Positions 1-9,749 of a stretch of DNA of 64,000 nucleotides are shown here, in pieces. The first letter of the stretch is position 1. Each line of letters opens with the position of its first letter. The notes under the pieces are model-generated. The model saw nothing but the letters and a program-made list of their open reading frames with translations, was not told the origin of the DNA and searched no databases. Where the stretch lies: contig CBDCOH010000002.1 of NCBI GenBank assembly GCA_965219685.1, positions 1,888,001 to 1,952,000 of the forward strand. The letters run 5' to 3'. The DNA comes from Candidatus Spongiisociaceae bacterium. GTDB taxonomy: Bacteria; Actinomycetota; Acidimicrobiia; Spongiisociales; Spongiisociaceae. The position numbers and the translations under genes were made by a program.

Positions 1-464
1 CTACGCGAACGCGACCTACCCGTCCTACTACACCAAGGACACTCCGCAGGACGCCACAAATCCAAATACGGACACCCCATCTACGTAGACTCCGCCGCCG
101 CCGACTTCCCCGACCTCCGCTTCATCATGGGCCACTCCGCCCGCTACGAAACCTGGGCACACGAAGCAATCTCGGTCGCCATCTACAAAACCAACGTGCA
201 CCTCGACATGAGCCTTTGGCAACACTGGATCTCCCCCGACGAACTCGTACGCAAGATCGTCTGGATGAGAGACCGCATCGGAGCCGACCGGATCCTGTTC
301 GGATCCGACATGGCCGGAATCGAAGTATCCCTCACCCTCGCGCAGTGGGTAGACCAGTTCCGCATGCTCCCAGAATGGGCCAAACAATTGGGCTACCGCA
401 TCCCCCAACACCAGATCGACCAGATACTCGGAGAAAACACCCGCCGCATCTACCGGCTAGACGA
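1..464 (+). repeat. Direct repeat copy A (at least 464 bp), identical by eye to 12499-12962
   Basis: Line-by-line match at offset 12498; ORF-track products 28..411 and 12526..12909 are identical. Confidence 0.95.
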
Positions 465-480
465 CCACCAACCCAACTAG
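1..480 (+). CDS. Amidohydrolase_2-family protein, 3' part (gene runs off the left edge)
   Basis: Frame +1 reads LRERDLPVLLHQGHS...ILFGSDM...RLDDHQPN*; nt 1-464 match 12499-12962 in the complete gene at 12010-12966. Confidence 0.85.
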   Translation, partial: LRERDLPVLLHQGHSAGRHKSKYGHPIYVDSAAADFPDLRFIMGHSARYETWAHEAISVAIYKTNVHLDMSLWQHWISPDELVRKIVWMRDRIGADRILFGSDMAGIEVSLTLAQWVDQFRMLPEWAKQLGYRIPQHQIDQILGENTRRIYRLDDHQPN

Positions 481-570
481 CAGACACTCCTTTGCCTTTT
501 CGCCACCATCTCCGGCGACGGACGCCGTTGTGCCCACGCGTCTTCGGCTTCCGTTCAGGCTACGGGTTGG

Positions 571-762
571 TCACTTCAGCACCGCGATGATGACCCCGGT
601 GGCGGAAGCGATGCCCGCAAGGATCAAGGCCGCAAGCCACATCGTCTGGCGGAACGCGGCCCGCTCCGACCGCTGCACGGCCTCGATCCACAGCGCGTAC
701 GTCTCCGCCTTCATCCGTGCGGTCTGCGCCTCCACGTGACCTTCGGTGACCGGAGCGGTCAT
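571..762 (-). CDS. 63-aa protein with helical N-region and C-terminal transmembrane helix
   Basis: GAGGG RBS upstream of ATG; hydrophobic tail MWLAALILAGIASATGVIIAVLK; AT-rich promoter-like patch at ~795-860. Confidence 0.55.
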   Translation of the reverse strand: MTAPVTEGHVEAQTARMKAETYALWIEAVQRSERAAFRQTMWLAALILAGIASATGVIIAVLK

Positions 763-946
763 CGTCCCTCTCTGTCTCCCTCGCTGACTCGTACCCTAAC
801 CCTAACATATCTATTAGCTAAGGTAACAACCGTTATCACTTGAGTACGATGGCGAACAGCGTAGAATACCAGGACTCGCCCTGCCCAGCGAAGCCCTTGT
901 TCGTGAACAGTCAACATCCCTGGTAGTCGGTGACCGGTGGTGCTAG

Positions 947-1106
947 TCAGAGTGGCGGCGGTCGGCGGTCCCATCACGGGTCCGCCCTCTCGAGTTGGGC
1001 GGAGAGGCGGAACAGGAGTGCTTCGTTGCCGAAGGAGGCCGCGATCTGCACTCCGACCGGAAGACCATCCGGGGTCATGTGCATCGGGAGCCTGACGGCA
1101 AGACAT
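947..1106 (-). pseudogene. Amidase 3'-end remnant
   Basis: Homologous to 9750-9906 ([32 protein letters not shown]); TGG->TGA nonsense change at 974-976; 5' part absent. Confidence 0.85.
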
Positions 1107-1146
1107 GACTGGTGGCAGACGCCAGCCGTGGGATAGGTCGACCGGT

Positions 1147-1413
1147 AGCCTGTGGCAACACTGGATCTCCGCCGACAACCGGACGAAAGATCGTCGGGAT
1201 GCGAGACCGCATCGGAGCGGACCGGATCCTGTTCGGATCCGACATGGCCGGAATCGAGGTGCCCCTCACCCTCAAACAATGGGTAGACCAGTTGCGCATG
1301 CTCCCAGAATGGGCCAAACAACTCGGCAACTGCATCCCCCAGCACCAGATCGACCAAATACTCGGAGAAACACCCGCCGCGTCTACCGACTAGACGACCA
1401 CAACCCCGAGTAG
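1147..1413 (+). pseudogene. Amidohydrolase_2 3'-end remnant (third copy)
   Basis: Homologous to ~12709-12966 (RDRIGADRILFGSDMAGIEV); small frameshifting deletions near 1175-1190 and ~1370. Confidence 0.85.
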
Positions 1414-1527
1414 CGACCGGTGGACGGGTCCAAGCGAACCCGGAACTCGACCGGAGTCTCCCGGGAACCGGACGCCTTCACTCGCGCTCGTTGATCCCTG
1501 CCATCTCACGTACCTAGGTTGCAGCAC

Positions 1528-4500
1528 TTACCCGGGCCTCGTTACGTCCATCACGATCACCGAGATCTTGCGCGCCTCGTCGGTCGTCAACTCCCCTTGC
1601 AGTTGTCGGGCCAGGTCGCCAGGCGTGTCGGGTCGCCGACCGTCGGGGTGCCTCGTGGTGCGGCCGGCTCCGAACCACAGGACCAGGTAGATCCCGTAGC
1701 CCGCCGTCGCCGGATCGGTCGTGTACTGGTTGATGAGTTGGCGGCGCAGCGCACTCCACAGGTCACGATGGGAATTCTTCTTGATCTCGATCGGCACATT
1801 GAACCCGTCGAAGGAAGCCCTAATGTCGGCCCGCTTTTCCGCTGCGTACCGGCCTTCGGGTACCAGATCGACTCCTCGTGGTAAACGCTGGTTGAGGGCT
1901 TCGAGCAGTACATCGCGGCAGGAATCCTCCGGCCTGCCTTCGGTCGGACGACGATTGGAGTCCTCGTTCCAGAATTGCCGCCACGGGTTGGTGTTACCAC
2001 CGCGGACGTGCTCACCGATGTCATGCAGTCGAACACCAAGGAGCGCTGCTAGATCAGCAGCGTTCGCAGGGGCCCGGTTGTCGAGCGCGTCCTGTACCTC
2101 GGTGACGCTCGGATGGCTGTAGGAGGCGTCGCGGTACGCGATCCGTTGCTTTTCCTGAGCCCAGGTCAGCTGTCGATTCCAGGGCCCGAGATGCGGATCG
2201 CCAACCAGTCTGGCCAGTCCTTCGTGGGCATCGGGATAGGTAGCCACACTTAGCTGTCGTATCAGACCTTCAATGAGTTGGGAAGTGCCGATCTCTAGAG
2301 TGAAGAATCCGTCCAGCTTCTGTGGGCTGTAGGAACGTCCCAGCATCTCAACTAGGTTGGCGAGTAGTTGCGAATCGCTACTACCCCAGAGGACTGTTTC
2401 CCAGGTGGTGTGTACCGAAGTGTTGTGGAGAAACTCCGCCAGATGTCGTATCCGTCTCTCACTCGCTCCAACGTAGGTCCGAAACTCGTGTGTAGGTTGT
2501 CCGCCTGATACCAGTGCATTGACGGTCATCCACCTGACCCGGTGAGCGACACTCAGGCTTCTCATGGTCAGCTTCTTCTCGGCTAACGGTTTCAGCAGCG
2601 TGTTGTCCACCTGTCGGAGGGTGCTCCCAAGCAGACTGTCGAATAGCCGCAGTTGTTTGCTCGGGATCCGTGTCGGGAAAGCATCGAGAAGTCTGAGTCG
2701 GGTCTCGAACACGAGTTCCTCGTGTCCTATCATACGATCCAATTCGTAAACACCGGGTAGGACTTCGTCACCGTTGCGTACTGCCGCTCCGGCGCAACGG
2801 AAGAGAACATCCAGTACCAGGTTTGGGTTCTCTTGGAACCACTTGTCGTAGCAAGTTCGCGCGTCGTGATCTCGATAACTAACGTGGCAGTAATAGATAG
2901 CGAGCGCCCGGCGCATCCGGTCGGTGTCCATCTCTCGCACGGGTTCTGCCTCGTGGGTTGATAGGCCCATGCTCGCCAGCACCGGATGCACGACGTATGG
3001 CATCTGTTTCTGGGAATGCAACGAGATAGTCATAGTCACATCGGGAAGATCGTCACGCCAGAGTGCGCAGCGCAGCGCGACCATGACAGAGTTGGCAAGC
3101 TCCGGATCGCCTCCGACCAGATCTTCAATACGGTCTTGGCCTTGTGCGTAGGCACCGCCGGTCCGTTCGCTGAGGTAAACCAACGCCAGGTAATGCAGGT
3201 TTTGGGGCGGGAAGGTGTTAGCTAGTAGCTCGGCTTCCTGTGAGCGCAGATTCAGTATCCAGTCGTCGCGGCGTCTCTGGGTCACCTCAGTTTGCTGCTC
3301 CCTGAGTTCTTCCATCCTCTGCCGATACTCACGGTGAGTGGAAGATACCTGGGAAGGCCGAACATCATGGAGCCTCTCATAGTGCTCCTCCAACACCGCA
3401 AGCCCGGATAATCGACTGTGTATCAACTGGTAATTCAGCCCCCTGCTTATTGTGGGGTCCCTCACCGAGCAGTACGACTCTTTCAGTAGTTTCTTCGAAA
3501 GGCCCTGATCTGTCACAGCGACCAGTATCGCCTGATCGAGGCACCACATCCCAAAGTCGGCCGAGAGTCGACTCCCGTGTAGAACATCGCCGAGATGGCT
3601 CCGATAGATCGTAAAGCAGTCGGGACTGTCGCTTAGCTTTAGCCACCTCAGGAGTACTTCCTTTTGAAGCCGGGGTCGGGCTTCCAACCACTCGCGCACC
3701 CTGTGGACATGGTCGTCACTTGCATGGCCCCAACCGATCGGGGGCACGGTAGCGGTCAGCCATCTGTAGAGACGCGACAGGTCGACACGGTCACCCATCG
3801 TTTGCAGACCCCGGGCTAGGAGCCGTCCTGGTAGGTCTTCGAACCCGGAGTCCTGCAGCATCTGGACGATCTCGGAGGAGTTTTGGTAGAGAGTGTCCAA
3901 AAGATCTGCAATCTGCTCGCCCGATGACTCCGTGAGGAGAGTTCTATCCCAAAACTCCCAGAATTGGCGCATGTCCACATGACTGTTCCGAGGCGCGGCG
4001 TACCGCCACACCTCTGCCGGGGGGAGGTCGTCGGGGTAGAGATGACGCAACAGAGTTCCAGCAATCTGATCGTCAGGATCGGGGAGCGTCCGGTCATGGA
4101 CAGCATCCAAGACGGCTCTCAACGTTAGTGTTCGGGTGTCACCCGGCGGTGACACCCGGATGTACGCTTCGACGGCAGCTTCGCGTGTCTCGGATGGTCG
4201 GGCTGCATCCCACAGGATGGCTTCCAGATCCGGAGCCAGGCACGCCAAGGACTCCAAGTCCGCGTCGCGGGCGTTCGACACCACTCGCAGCACGAACTCA
4301 AGGATCCGCCGGCTGGGTGCTTCGTCATCGTTGTGTTGGAGCAGATGCCTAACAGCCGGCAGCGTCTCCGCGGACACGAGGGAGCGGAAAGCCCATGCGG
4401 GTTCGTCTCCGTACCCCAGGGATCCCTGAGTAGCGAACACGGCCAACGATTCGAGCAGTCGTTTCTTCTCGTGGCCGCTGAAGCCGCTGATGTCACCGTA

Positions 4501-5652
4501 GAGTCCGACACCCACCGGGTCGGCATCGATCAGGAGGCTGCGAGCCTCGTCGGAGTACGCAGCCAGCCAGGCTGATAGTCCCCGGAGTGGGGTTACCACC
4601 CGTCCGTCGCTTGGACCGGTCATCAGCGCTGTCACCCTCCGGGCCGGGAGTCCGTTTCTGACGAGCCTCGCCAGGAAGCGACCGCCGAGGAACTCTGCAA
4701 GCTGGCGATGGACGGGTACGAATCCTGTCTCGTTCTCGGCCGTGAACAGCCTGGTACCGAGCGCCCGCGTCCAGTGGTGTCTGGAGAGGGGGGCAGTGCC
4801 TTGGTCGAGGTCATCCAGACTCGAGAACGAAGGGAGATGTAGCCCCCGCTGCATCACATAGCCTTCAAGGCCTGCAACCAACTGCATGGCACACAGGTAG
4901 CCGGCAGCATCCAGAGTGACTGTGGGCGACTCCGAGCCGCCCGCCTGCAAGTGCTCGGAGTTCTGCTCGGTCACCAACTTCTCGCATGCCATCTCGAACA
5001 TCTCTCGCCGGCTATCCGGCCACCCGCGCCCTTGACTTATCGCTTCCCCCATCAGTTGCAGCGTCAGGGGGTTCTCCAACAGCTGCCAGATCCCCGAGGA
5101 CCGAGCGTTCTCGACGAAGTCCTCCATTCTCAAGTCGGGAAACCTCGCAGCGACCACTTCCCTGATGGCCTCGGTGTTCAGCGGGTCCAACCGCACGACG
5201 GTAACGGTCGAATCGGGCGAGACCACAGCGAGTCTCTGCCGGTCGTTGTTCCCCAACCAGTCCGCCTCACGGCAAGAGATTCGGAATGCCGGTGGTCGGA
5301 GTTCGTCAAGACGGCCGCGGACCTCGTCGAACGGGGTCCGAGAGTCCACCGATCCCGCACGTATCTCGTCGAGTCCGTCGATGAACAGAACACTGTCACG
5401 CCACTCCGGGTACGAATCCACATGGAGGGTGACGAAGTCCCTAGCCTTGCGGTACTCGGCCTTTTGGCCTGACGCCCGGATCGCCTCACATTCCGTTTCA
5501 AACGTGGTCGTCTTCCCAGCACCGGGATCGCCAAGCAGCACGAGGGTGGACACCGATCGGAACTCACCCAACGGTTTGCTCTCACCCGGACGGACCCGGC
5601 CGTCGCCATCGATCTCGATCTCGGTGCAGGTCCGGTCAACTATGAGGCTCAT
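1528..5652 (-). CDS. NACHT/STAND NTPase (~1374 aa) with C-terminal PD-(D/E)xK-like nuclease domain; putative defence protein
   Basis: Walker A LLGDPGAGKTT, Walker B VLFIDGLDE, ISCR and NPL motifs; C-terminal E..CRD / KRADI / VPIEIKK; ATG at 5652 overlaps the upstream TGA (ATGA). Confidence 0.8.
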   Translation of the reverse strand: MSLIVDRTCTEIEIDGDGRVRPGESKPLGEFRSVSTLVLLGDPGAGKTTTFETECEAIRASGQKAEYRKARDFVTLHVDSYPEWRDSVLFIDGLDEIRAGSVDSRTPFDEVRGRLDELRPPAFRISCREADWLGNNDRQRLAVVSPDSTVTVVRLDPLNTEAIREVVAARFPDLRMEDFVENARSSGIWQLLENPLTLQLMGEAISQGRGWPDSRREMFEMACEKLVTEQNSEHLQAGGSESPTVTLDAAGYLCAMQLVAGLEGYVMQRGLHLPSFSSLDDLDQGTAPLSRHHWTRALGTRLFTAENETGFVPVHRQLAEFLGGRFLARLVRNGLPARRVTALMTGPSDGRVVTPLRGLSAWLAAYSDEARSLLIDADPVGVGLYGDISGFSGHEKKRLLESLAVFATQGSLGYGDEPAWAFRSLVSAETLPAVRHLLQHNDDEAPSRRILEFVLRVVSNARDADLESLACLAPDLEAILWDAARPSETREAAVEAYIRVSPPGDTRTLTLRAVLDAVHDRTLPDPDDQIAGTLLRHLYPDDLPPAEVWRYAAPRNSHVDMRQFWEFWDRTLLTESSGEQIADLLDTLYQNSSEIVQMLQDSGFEDLPGRLLARGLQTMGDRVDLSRLYRWLTATVPPIGWGHASDDHVHRVREWLEARPRLQKEVLLRWLKLSDSPDCFTIYRSHLGDVLHGSRLSADFGMWCLDQAILVAVTDQGLSKKLLKESYCSVRDPTISRGLNYQLIHSRLSGLAVLEEHYERLHDVRPSQVSSTHREYRQRMEELREQQTEVTQRRRDDWILNLRSQEAELLANTFPPQNLHYLALVYLSERTGGAYAQGQDRIEDLVGGDPELANSVMVALRCALWRDDLPDVTMTISLHSQKQMPYVVHPVLASMGLSTHEAEPVREMDTDRMRRALAIYYCHVSYRDHDARTCYDKWFQENPNLVLDVLFRCAGAAVRNGDEVLPGVYELDRMIGHEELVFETRLRLLDAFPTRIPSKQLRLFDSLLGSTLRQVDNTLLKPLAEKKLTMRSLSVAHRVRWMTVNALVSGGQPTHEFRTYVGASERRIRHLAEFLHNTSVHTTWETVLWGSSDSQLLANLVEMLGRSYSPQKLDGFFTLEIGTSQLIEGLIRQLSVATYPDAHEGLARLVGDPHLGPWNRQLTWAQEKQRIAYRDASYSHPSVTEVQDALDNRAPANAADLAALLGVRLHDIGEHVRGGNTNPWRQFWNEDSNRRPTEGRPEDSCRDVLLEALNQRLPRGVDLVPEGRYAAEKRADIRASFDGFNVPIEIKKNSHRDLWSALRRQLINQYTTDPATAGYGIYLVLWFGAGRTTRHPDGRRPDTPGDLARQLQGELTTDEARKISVIVMDVTRPG

Positions 5653-6908
5653 GAGGATTCGAACCAGTGGTCGGCGGGTAGCGACAGGAACTCGTGCAAC
5701 GGCTCGCCCCCCGTCCCCACCACCAGAGTCCGGCGAGGCTGGAATCGGCGTTCGAACTCCGCTAGACCCGGTGGTGACACCGGTGCTCTCCCTGTCTTCA
5801 CCTCGATCCCTACCACTCGCGGTCCCCGTTGAAGGACGAAGTCCACTTCGTGATTCCGGTACCTCCAGTACTTGACCTGGGTCCCGGGTAACGCCGTGTT
5901 GAGCAGATGGGCTCCCACCGCGCTCTCGACCAGACGACCCCAGAAACTGCGGTCCGCCCGAGCCTCCTCGAAACCGTATCCGGAAGCGGCAGCCATCAGA
6001 GCGGTGTTGAGCACGTTCAGCTTGGGAGTAGAAGCCTTCGCTGAGATCGGACGCTCCACATGCTTCGACAGACCGGTCAGCAGACCCGCATCCGACAGCA
6101 GCTTGAGGTAGCGGGTGAGGGTCGTCGTGTTCCCGGCGTCGTGAAGCTGGCCCAGCATTTTGTTGTACGACAGCACCTGCCCCGAGTACAGGGCTCCCAT
6201 GTCGAAGAGACGCTTCAAGAGTGACGGCTTGTCGACTCTCGTCATCGACAGCACGTCCCGCTCGATGATGGGCTCGACCAGTGCATCCCTCACATAAGCG
6301 GTCCACCTTGGCTCGTCGCGAACCAAAGAAGCCGCACCCGGGTACCCCCCGAAGTAGACGTACTGGTCCAAGCTGAGGCCGAACGCCTCTGACATCTCGA
6401 GATAGGACCAGTGCGTAAAGCGAATCGGCTCGAAACGCCCCGCCAGGCTCTCGTTCAAGCCGGCCTGCATCAGCAACGGCGCCGAACCTAGAAGGACTAC
6501 ATGCAGCGGGCAGCCACTGGCTCGGTCCGCGTCCCAAAGCCCCTTGACCGAGTCCGACCAGCCATCCATCTTCTGTATCTCATCCAGGATCAGGACGTAC
6601 CCCGGGTCGGAGCGACCCGCCCGGCGGCGACACATCTCCCAGATATCCGCCAACCACCGCTCATCGCGAACCCCGGACATCAGCACAGAATCGCCCCCGC
6701 CGTCCACCGGGAGCCGGCCACTCACGGCCGGCGAGTCAGGCTCGTCCACCGCCACGTACAAGCCCAAGCGGTGGATCGACGAAAGCGCCTGCCGAGCCGC
6801 CACGGTCTTACCGGTCTGGCGCGGACCGAATATCGCGACCAGACGCACGGGCGGCTCGGACAACCGCTCGGCCATAGTCCTAACTTGCCTGCGGCGGAAG
6901 TCCCTCAT
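5649..6908 (-). CDS. AAA_14 ATPase with DUF4143 C-terminal domain
   Basis: GPRQTGKT, LILDEIQK, LLGS, ESLAGR, GGYPG, and C-terminal EVDFV...IEVK. Confidence 0.9.
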   Translation of the reverse strand: MRDFRRRQVRTMAERLSEPPVRLVAIFGPRQTGKTVAARQALSSIHRLGLYVAVDEPDSPAVSGRLPVDGGGDSVLMSGVRDERWLADIWEMCRRRAGRSDPGYVLILDEIQKMDGWSDSVKGLWDADRASGCPLHVVLLGSAPLLMQAGLNESLAGRFEPIRFTHWSYLEMSEAFGLSLDQYVYFGGYPGAASLVRDEPRWTAYVRDALVEPIIERDVLSMTRVDKPSLLKRLFDMGALYSGQVLSYNKMLGQLHDAGNTTTLTRYLKLLSDAGLLTGLSKHVERPISAKASTPKLNVLNTALMAAASGYGFEEARADRSFWGRLVESAVGAHLLNTALPGTQVKYWRYRNHEVDFVLQRGPRVVGIEVKTGRAPVSPPGLAEFERRFQPRRTLVVGTGGEPLHEFLSLPADHWFESS

Positions 6909-6927
6909 ACCAGAATCTTAGCTGTCG

Positions 6928-6963
6928 CTGTACCTCTTGAGTAAATTTACTCAAGAGGTACAG
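6928..6963. promoter_or_regulatory. Perfect 36-bp palindrome (candidate operator) in the ATPase/NACHT promoter
   Basis: CTGTACCTCTTGAGTAAA|TTTACTCAAGAGGTACAG; on the minus strand TAAGAT lies 6 nt before the ATG at 6908 (leaderless-type -10). Confidence 0.7.
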
Positions 6964-7332
6964 TACAGACAGTCATCCCTAGACCTCACCCGTAGCCAGC
7001 GCATTACTTACGCCGGAACATTCTGAACGGAGTGGACCACCCGGCATCACAGGACAAGAATGCCCATCCGACACGGTAGCCCCAGGGTTCGATAACACGC
7101 CGCCACGTGGCCGCTCGTAGCAGTGGCGCTGGGATGAGATCAGAAGCGTCGATCGTCAGTGACGCTGTGCCGGCCCAGATGTTTCTCAGGTTGACCCGGT
7201 CAACACATCCTAGAGGCCCATCAGTTCCAGAGGCGCCTCATCCATCCGGTCCATCAGCCGATGCAGGGGTCTCATCGTCGCTCACACCGCGTGAACTGTG
7301 GAGTTGCCTCGTTCCGCCAACGATGTGGCGAG

Positions 7333-9564
7333 TCAGTCATTCTCGACGGTGGTGATGATTAGTTCACGGAGATCTTCGGGCTCGGGTTGGCTGAGGTCCT
7401 CGCAGACAACGCGGTGAATGTGTCCGGTGAAGGGGAAGGGTGGTTGGTAGTCGTCGCCCACCGGCGTCCCGTAGTCCCGACCGACGAGCAACCGGCCCAG
7501 TCGAAACTGTACGGCAAGACGGTTGTCCGGCAGGTCCGTGGCGCCCACGTCTCGACCATTCAATGCCAAGCTGATGGTGTGGTCGTTCGTATCCGAGTCC
7601 TCGAGGTGCACGAGCCTGAGCTTGTGTCTGCCTGCTGGGATCGGTTCGCCGGCCACGAGCCGTACTGGTGTGCCTCCTAGATTGAAGGTCGCGACTAGGC
7701 GGCCATCCACAAAGTAAAGAGCCCATCCATGGTCGGTGAAGTGGTCCATCAGTCCAAGCCGCTGGGTGCAGATGATCCCGGCGGCATCCCGATCTCCGGG
7801 TATTTCGATATCTGCAACGAGGCGGAAGCTGGACACGAGAGCAGAGGTGAGAATCGGTCCCCCGCCGGGTAGATAGACGTATCGACGCCGACCGACATGC
7901 GCGGGCGGCTCGATGGCCGCGGCATGGTTCGAGTCCCAGAAACCGTCCATGAGCGGTAGGACTTGGTTTCGGCCTGCTTCGTACCACCAGAGCTCAACGA
8001 GGCTACGCAACCGCCCGGGGTGCTTCTCCGCGACATCATTCGCTTCTGAGAAGTCCTCGTGCAGGTTGTACAGCGACCACCGATCAGAGTCGAAGTCGGC
8101 GCTGCCCTCCACGAGTTCACGCTCGGCCGCAAGCATGCTGCCGACATGGTTGGTCGTTGCTTTCCAGCCCTCGTGGTAGATCGCGCGGGACCCCAGCATC
8201 TCGAAGTACTGGGGAGTCCGTTCTATCCGGGCGTCCGCGTCACGGAACGTCAGCAGGAGGCTCTCTCCGTCGAGGGGCTGCTGAGCGACACCGTCGAGCA
8301 CGGCGGGACTGTCGGCTCCGGCCACTTCGAGAACGGTGGCCATCAGGTCGATGGCGTGACAGAACTGTTGGCGCACGTCGCCGTTGTTCTCGGCCGGGAT
8401 GCCTGCCGGCCACCTCACGATGAGGGGAGTTCGGACCCCGCCCAGCCAGCTGTATCGCTTCCATAGCCGGAATGGGGTGTTGCCGGCCCAGGCCCACCCC
8501 CAGGAGTAATCACTCGCTACGCCGATCCCTCCGAGGTCGTCGATATGACTCGCCATGGAGTCGATGTCGTCTTTGCTCGCTCGCTGCCCGTAACGGCGGA
8601 CCATGCCGTGGGGCCCTGCGTCGGCGCTGGCACCGTTGTCGGACAGGAACATCACAAGGGTGTTGTCCGTTACGCCCATTGCCCCGAGAAAGGCCATGAG
8701 GCGCCCTATCTGAGCGTCGGCGTGTGTGACGAAGCCGGCGTACACCTCCATCATGCGTGCGTAGAGTCGACGTTCCTTCAACGGCAGATCCTCCCACGGG
8801 GCCACCCAGGAGGGGCGCCCGGTGTCGGTCGTGCCGGGTGGGATGACGCCCAGCCTCTGCTGCCTCACGAACGTGCGGGAACGGGCAGCCTCCCACCCGT
8901 CGTCGAACCGTCCGCGGTAGGGCTCGATCCAGGTGTCCGACACTTGGTGAGGTGAGTGAGGAGCCGCAGTGGCAAAGTACAGGAAGAAAGGCTTGTCGGG
9001 TGCTGCCTGTTGCTGATCCTGCACCAGCCGGATTGCCTGGGACGCCAGGTCCTCGGTCAGGTGATAGCCCTCTTCGGGGGTCAGCGGCGGTTCGACGTAG
9101 CGGTTGTCGCATACAAGGTGTGGAGTCCACTGATCGGTCAACGCTCCGAGAAAGCCGTAATAGCGCTCGAAGCCGAGACCGAGGGGCCAACGATCGAACG
9201 GGCCTGCTTGATTACGCTCGAAGCGGGGCGTCAGGTGCCACTTACCCACCCCAAGAGTGCTATAGCCCGCGTCGCGCAGCAGCCTGGGAAGCGTTCCCGC
9301 CGACCTCGGTATCCGCCCGGTATAGCCGGCGAGTCCCATCGGGACCTCGGGACCGATCCCCATACCAACCGCATGGTGGTTGCGACCCGTCATGAGCGAG
9401 GCTCTTGTCGGTCCACATAGTGATGTGACGTGAAAACTGTTGTAACGGAGGCCCTCGTCAGCAAGCAGGTCGATGTTGGGAGTGGCGATCTCGGCGCCGT
9501 AACATCCGATCTGAGCGAAACCCAAGTCGTCAAGGACGATCATGACAACGTTCGGAGCATCCAT
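7333..9564 (-). CDS. Arylsulfatase (Cys-type, formylglycine-dependent)
   Basis: VMIVLDDLG, CGPTRASLMTGR (CxPxR), GKWHL, FLSDNG; no signal peptide seen. Confidence 0.92.
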   Translation of the reverse strand: MDAPNVVMIVLDDLGFAQIGCYGAEIATPNIDLLADEGLRYNSFHVTSLCGPTRASLMTGRNHHAVGMGIGPEVPMGLAGYTGRIPRSAGTLPRLLRDAGYSTLGVGKWHLTPRFERNQAGPFDRWPLGLGFERYYGFLGALTDQWTPHLVCDNRYVEPPLTPEEGYHLTEDLASQAIRLVQDQQQAAPDKPFFLYFATAAPHSPHQVSDTWIEPYRGRFDDGWEAARSRTFVRQQRLGVIPPGTTDTGRPSWVAPWEDLPLKERRLYARMMEVYAGFVTHADAQIGRLMAFLGAMGVTDNTLVMFLSDNGASADAGPHGMVRRYGQRASKDDIDSMASHIDDLGGIGVASDYSWGWAWAGNTPFRLWKRYSWLGGVRTPLIVRWPAGIPAENNGDVRQQFCHAIDLMATVLEVAGADSPAVLDGVAQQPLDGESLLLTFRDADARIERTPQYFEMLGSRAIYHEGWKATTNHVGSMLAAERELVEGSADFDSDRWSLYNLHEDFSEANDVAEKHPGRLRSLVELWWYEAGRNQVLPLMDGFWDSNHAAAIEPPAHVGRRRYVYLPGGGPILTSALVSSFRLVADIEIPGDRDAAGIICTQRLGLMDHFTDHGWALYFVDGRLVATFNLGGTPVRLVAGEPIPAGRHKLRLVHLEDSDTNDHTISLALNGRDVGATDLPDNRLAVQFRLGRLLVGRDYGTPVGDDYQPPFPFTGHIHRVVCEDLSQPEPEDLRELIITTVEND

Positions 9565-9749
9565 GGGTTCCCTAACGATCGAAGTCTCCCACGAGACTCT
9601 TACCGCGCTTCGTACGGCGATAACCGGATCTGGTCAAGCTCACCTCCAGGATAGGTCCACGAAGGGCGCCGCCATACGACCGACGACCGACCCTCCGGCG
9701 TGCCGGGGGTGTTGACACGCCGAATCTCAGGTCGAAGCCCTATCTCAAC

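Noticed and set aside
794-806. (CCCTAA)2 telomere-like hexamers
   Set aside because: Only two units, in a promoter-like patch; consistent with chance.
5653-6537. 295-codon N-terminal extension of the NACHT ORF (1669 aa in the track), or a frameshift fusion with the ATPase
   Set aside because: It overlaps the ATPase in the -1 frame, where stops are rare in GC-rich genes. The translation is low-complexity, no slippery site was seen, and the ATGA overlap gives a natural start at 5652.
7075-7110. GGTTCGA...GCCA resembling a tRNA 3' end or att site
   Set aside because: No T-stem or acceptor-stem pairing and no integrase nearby.
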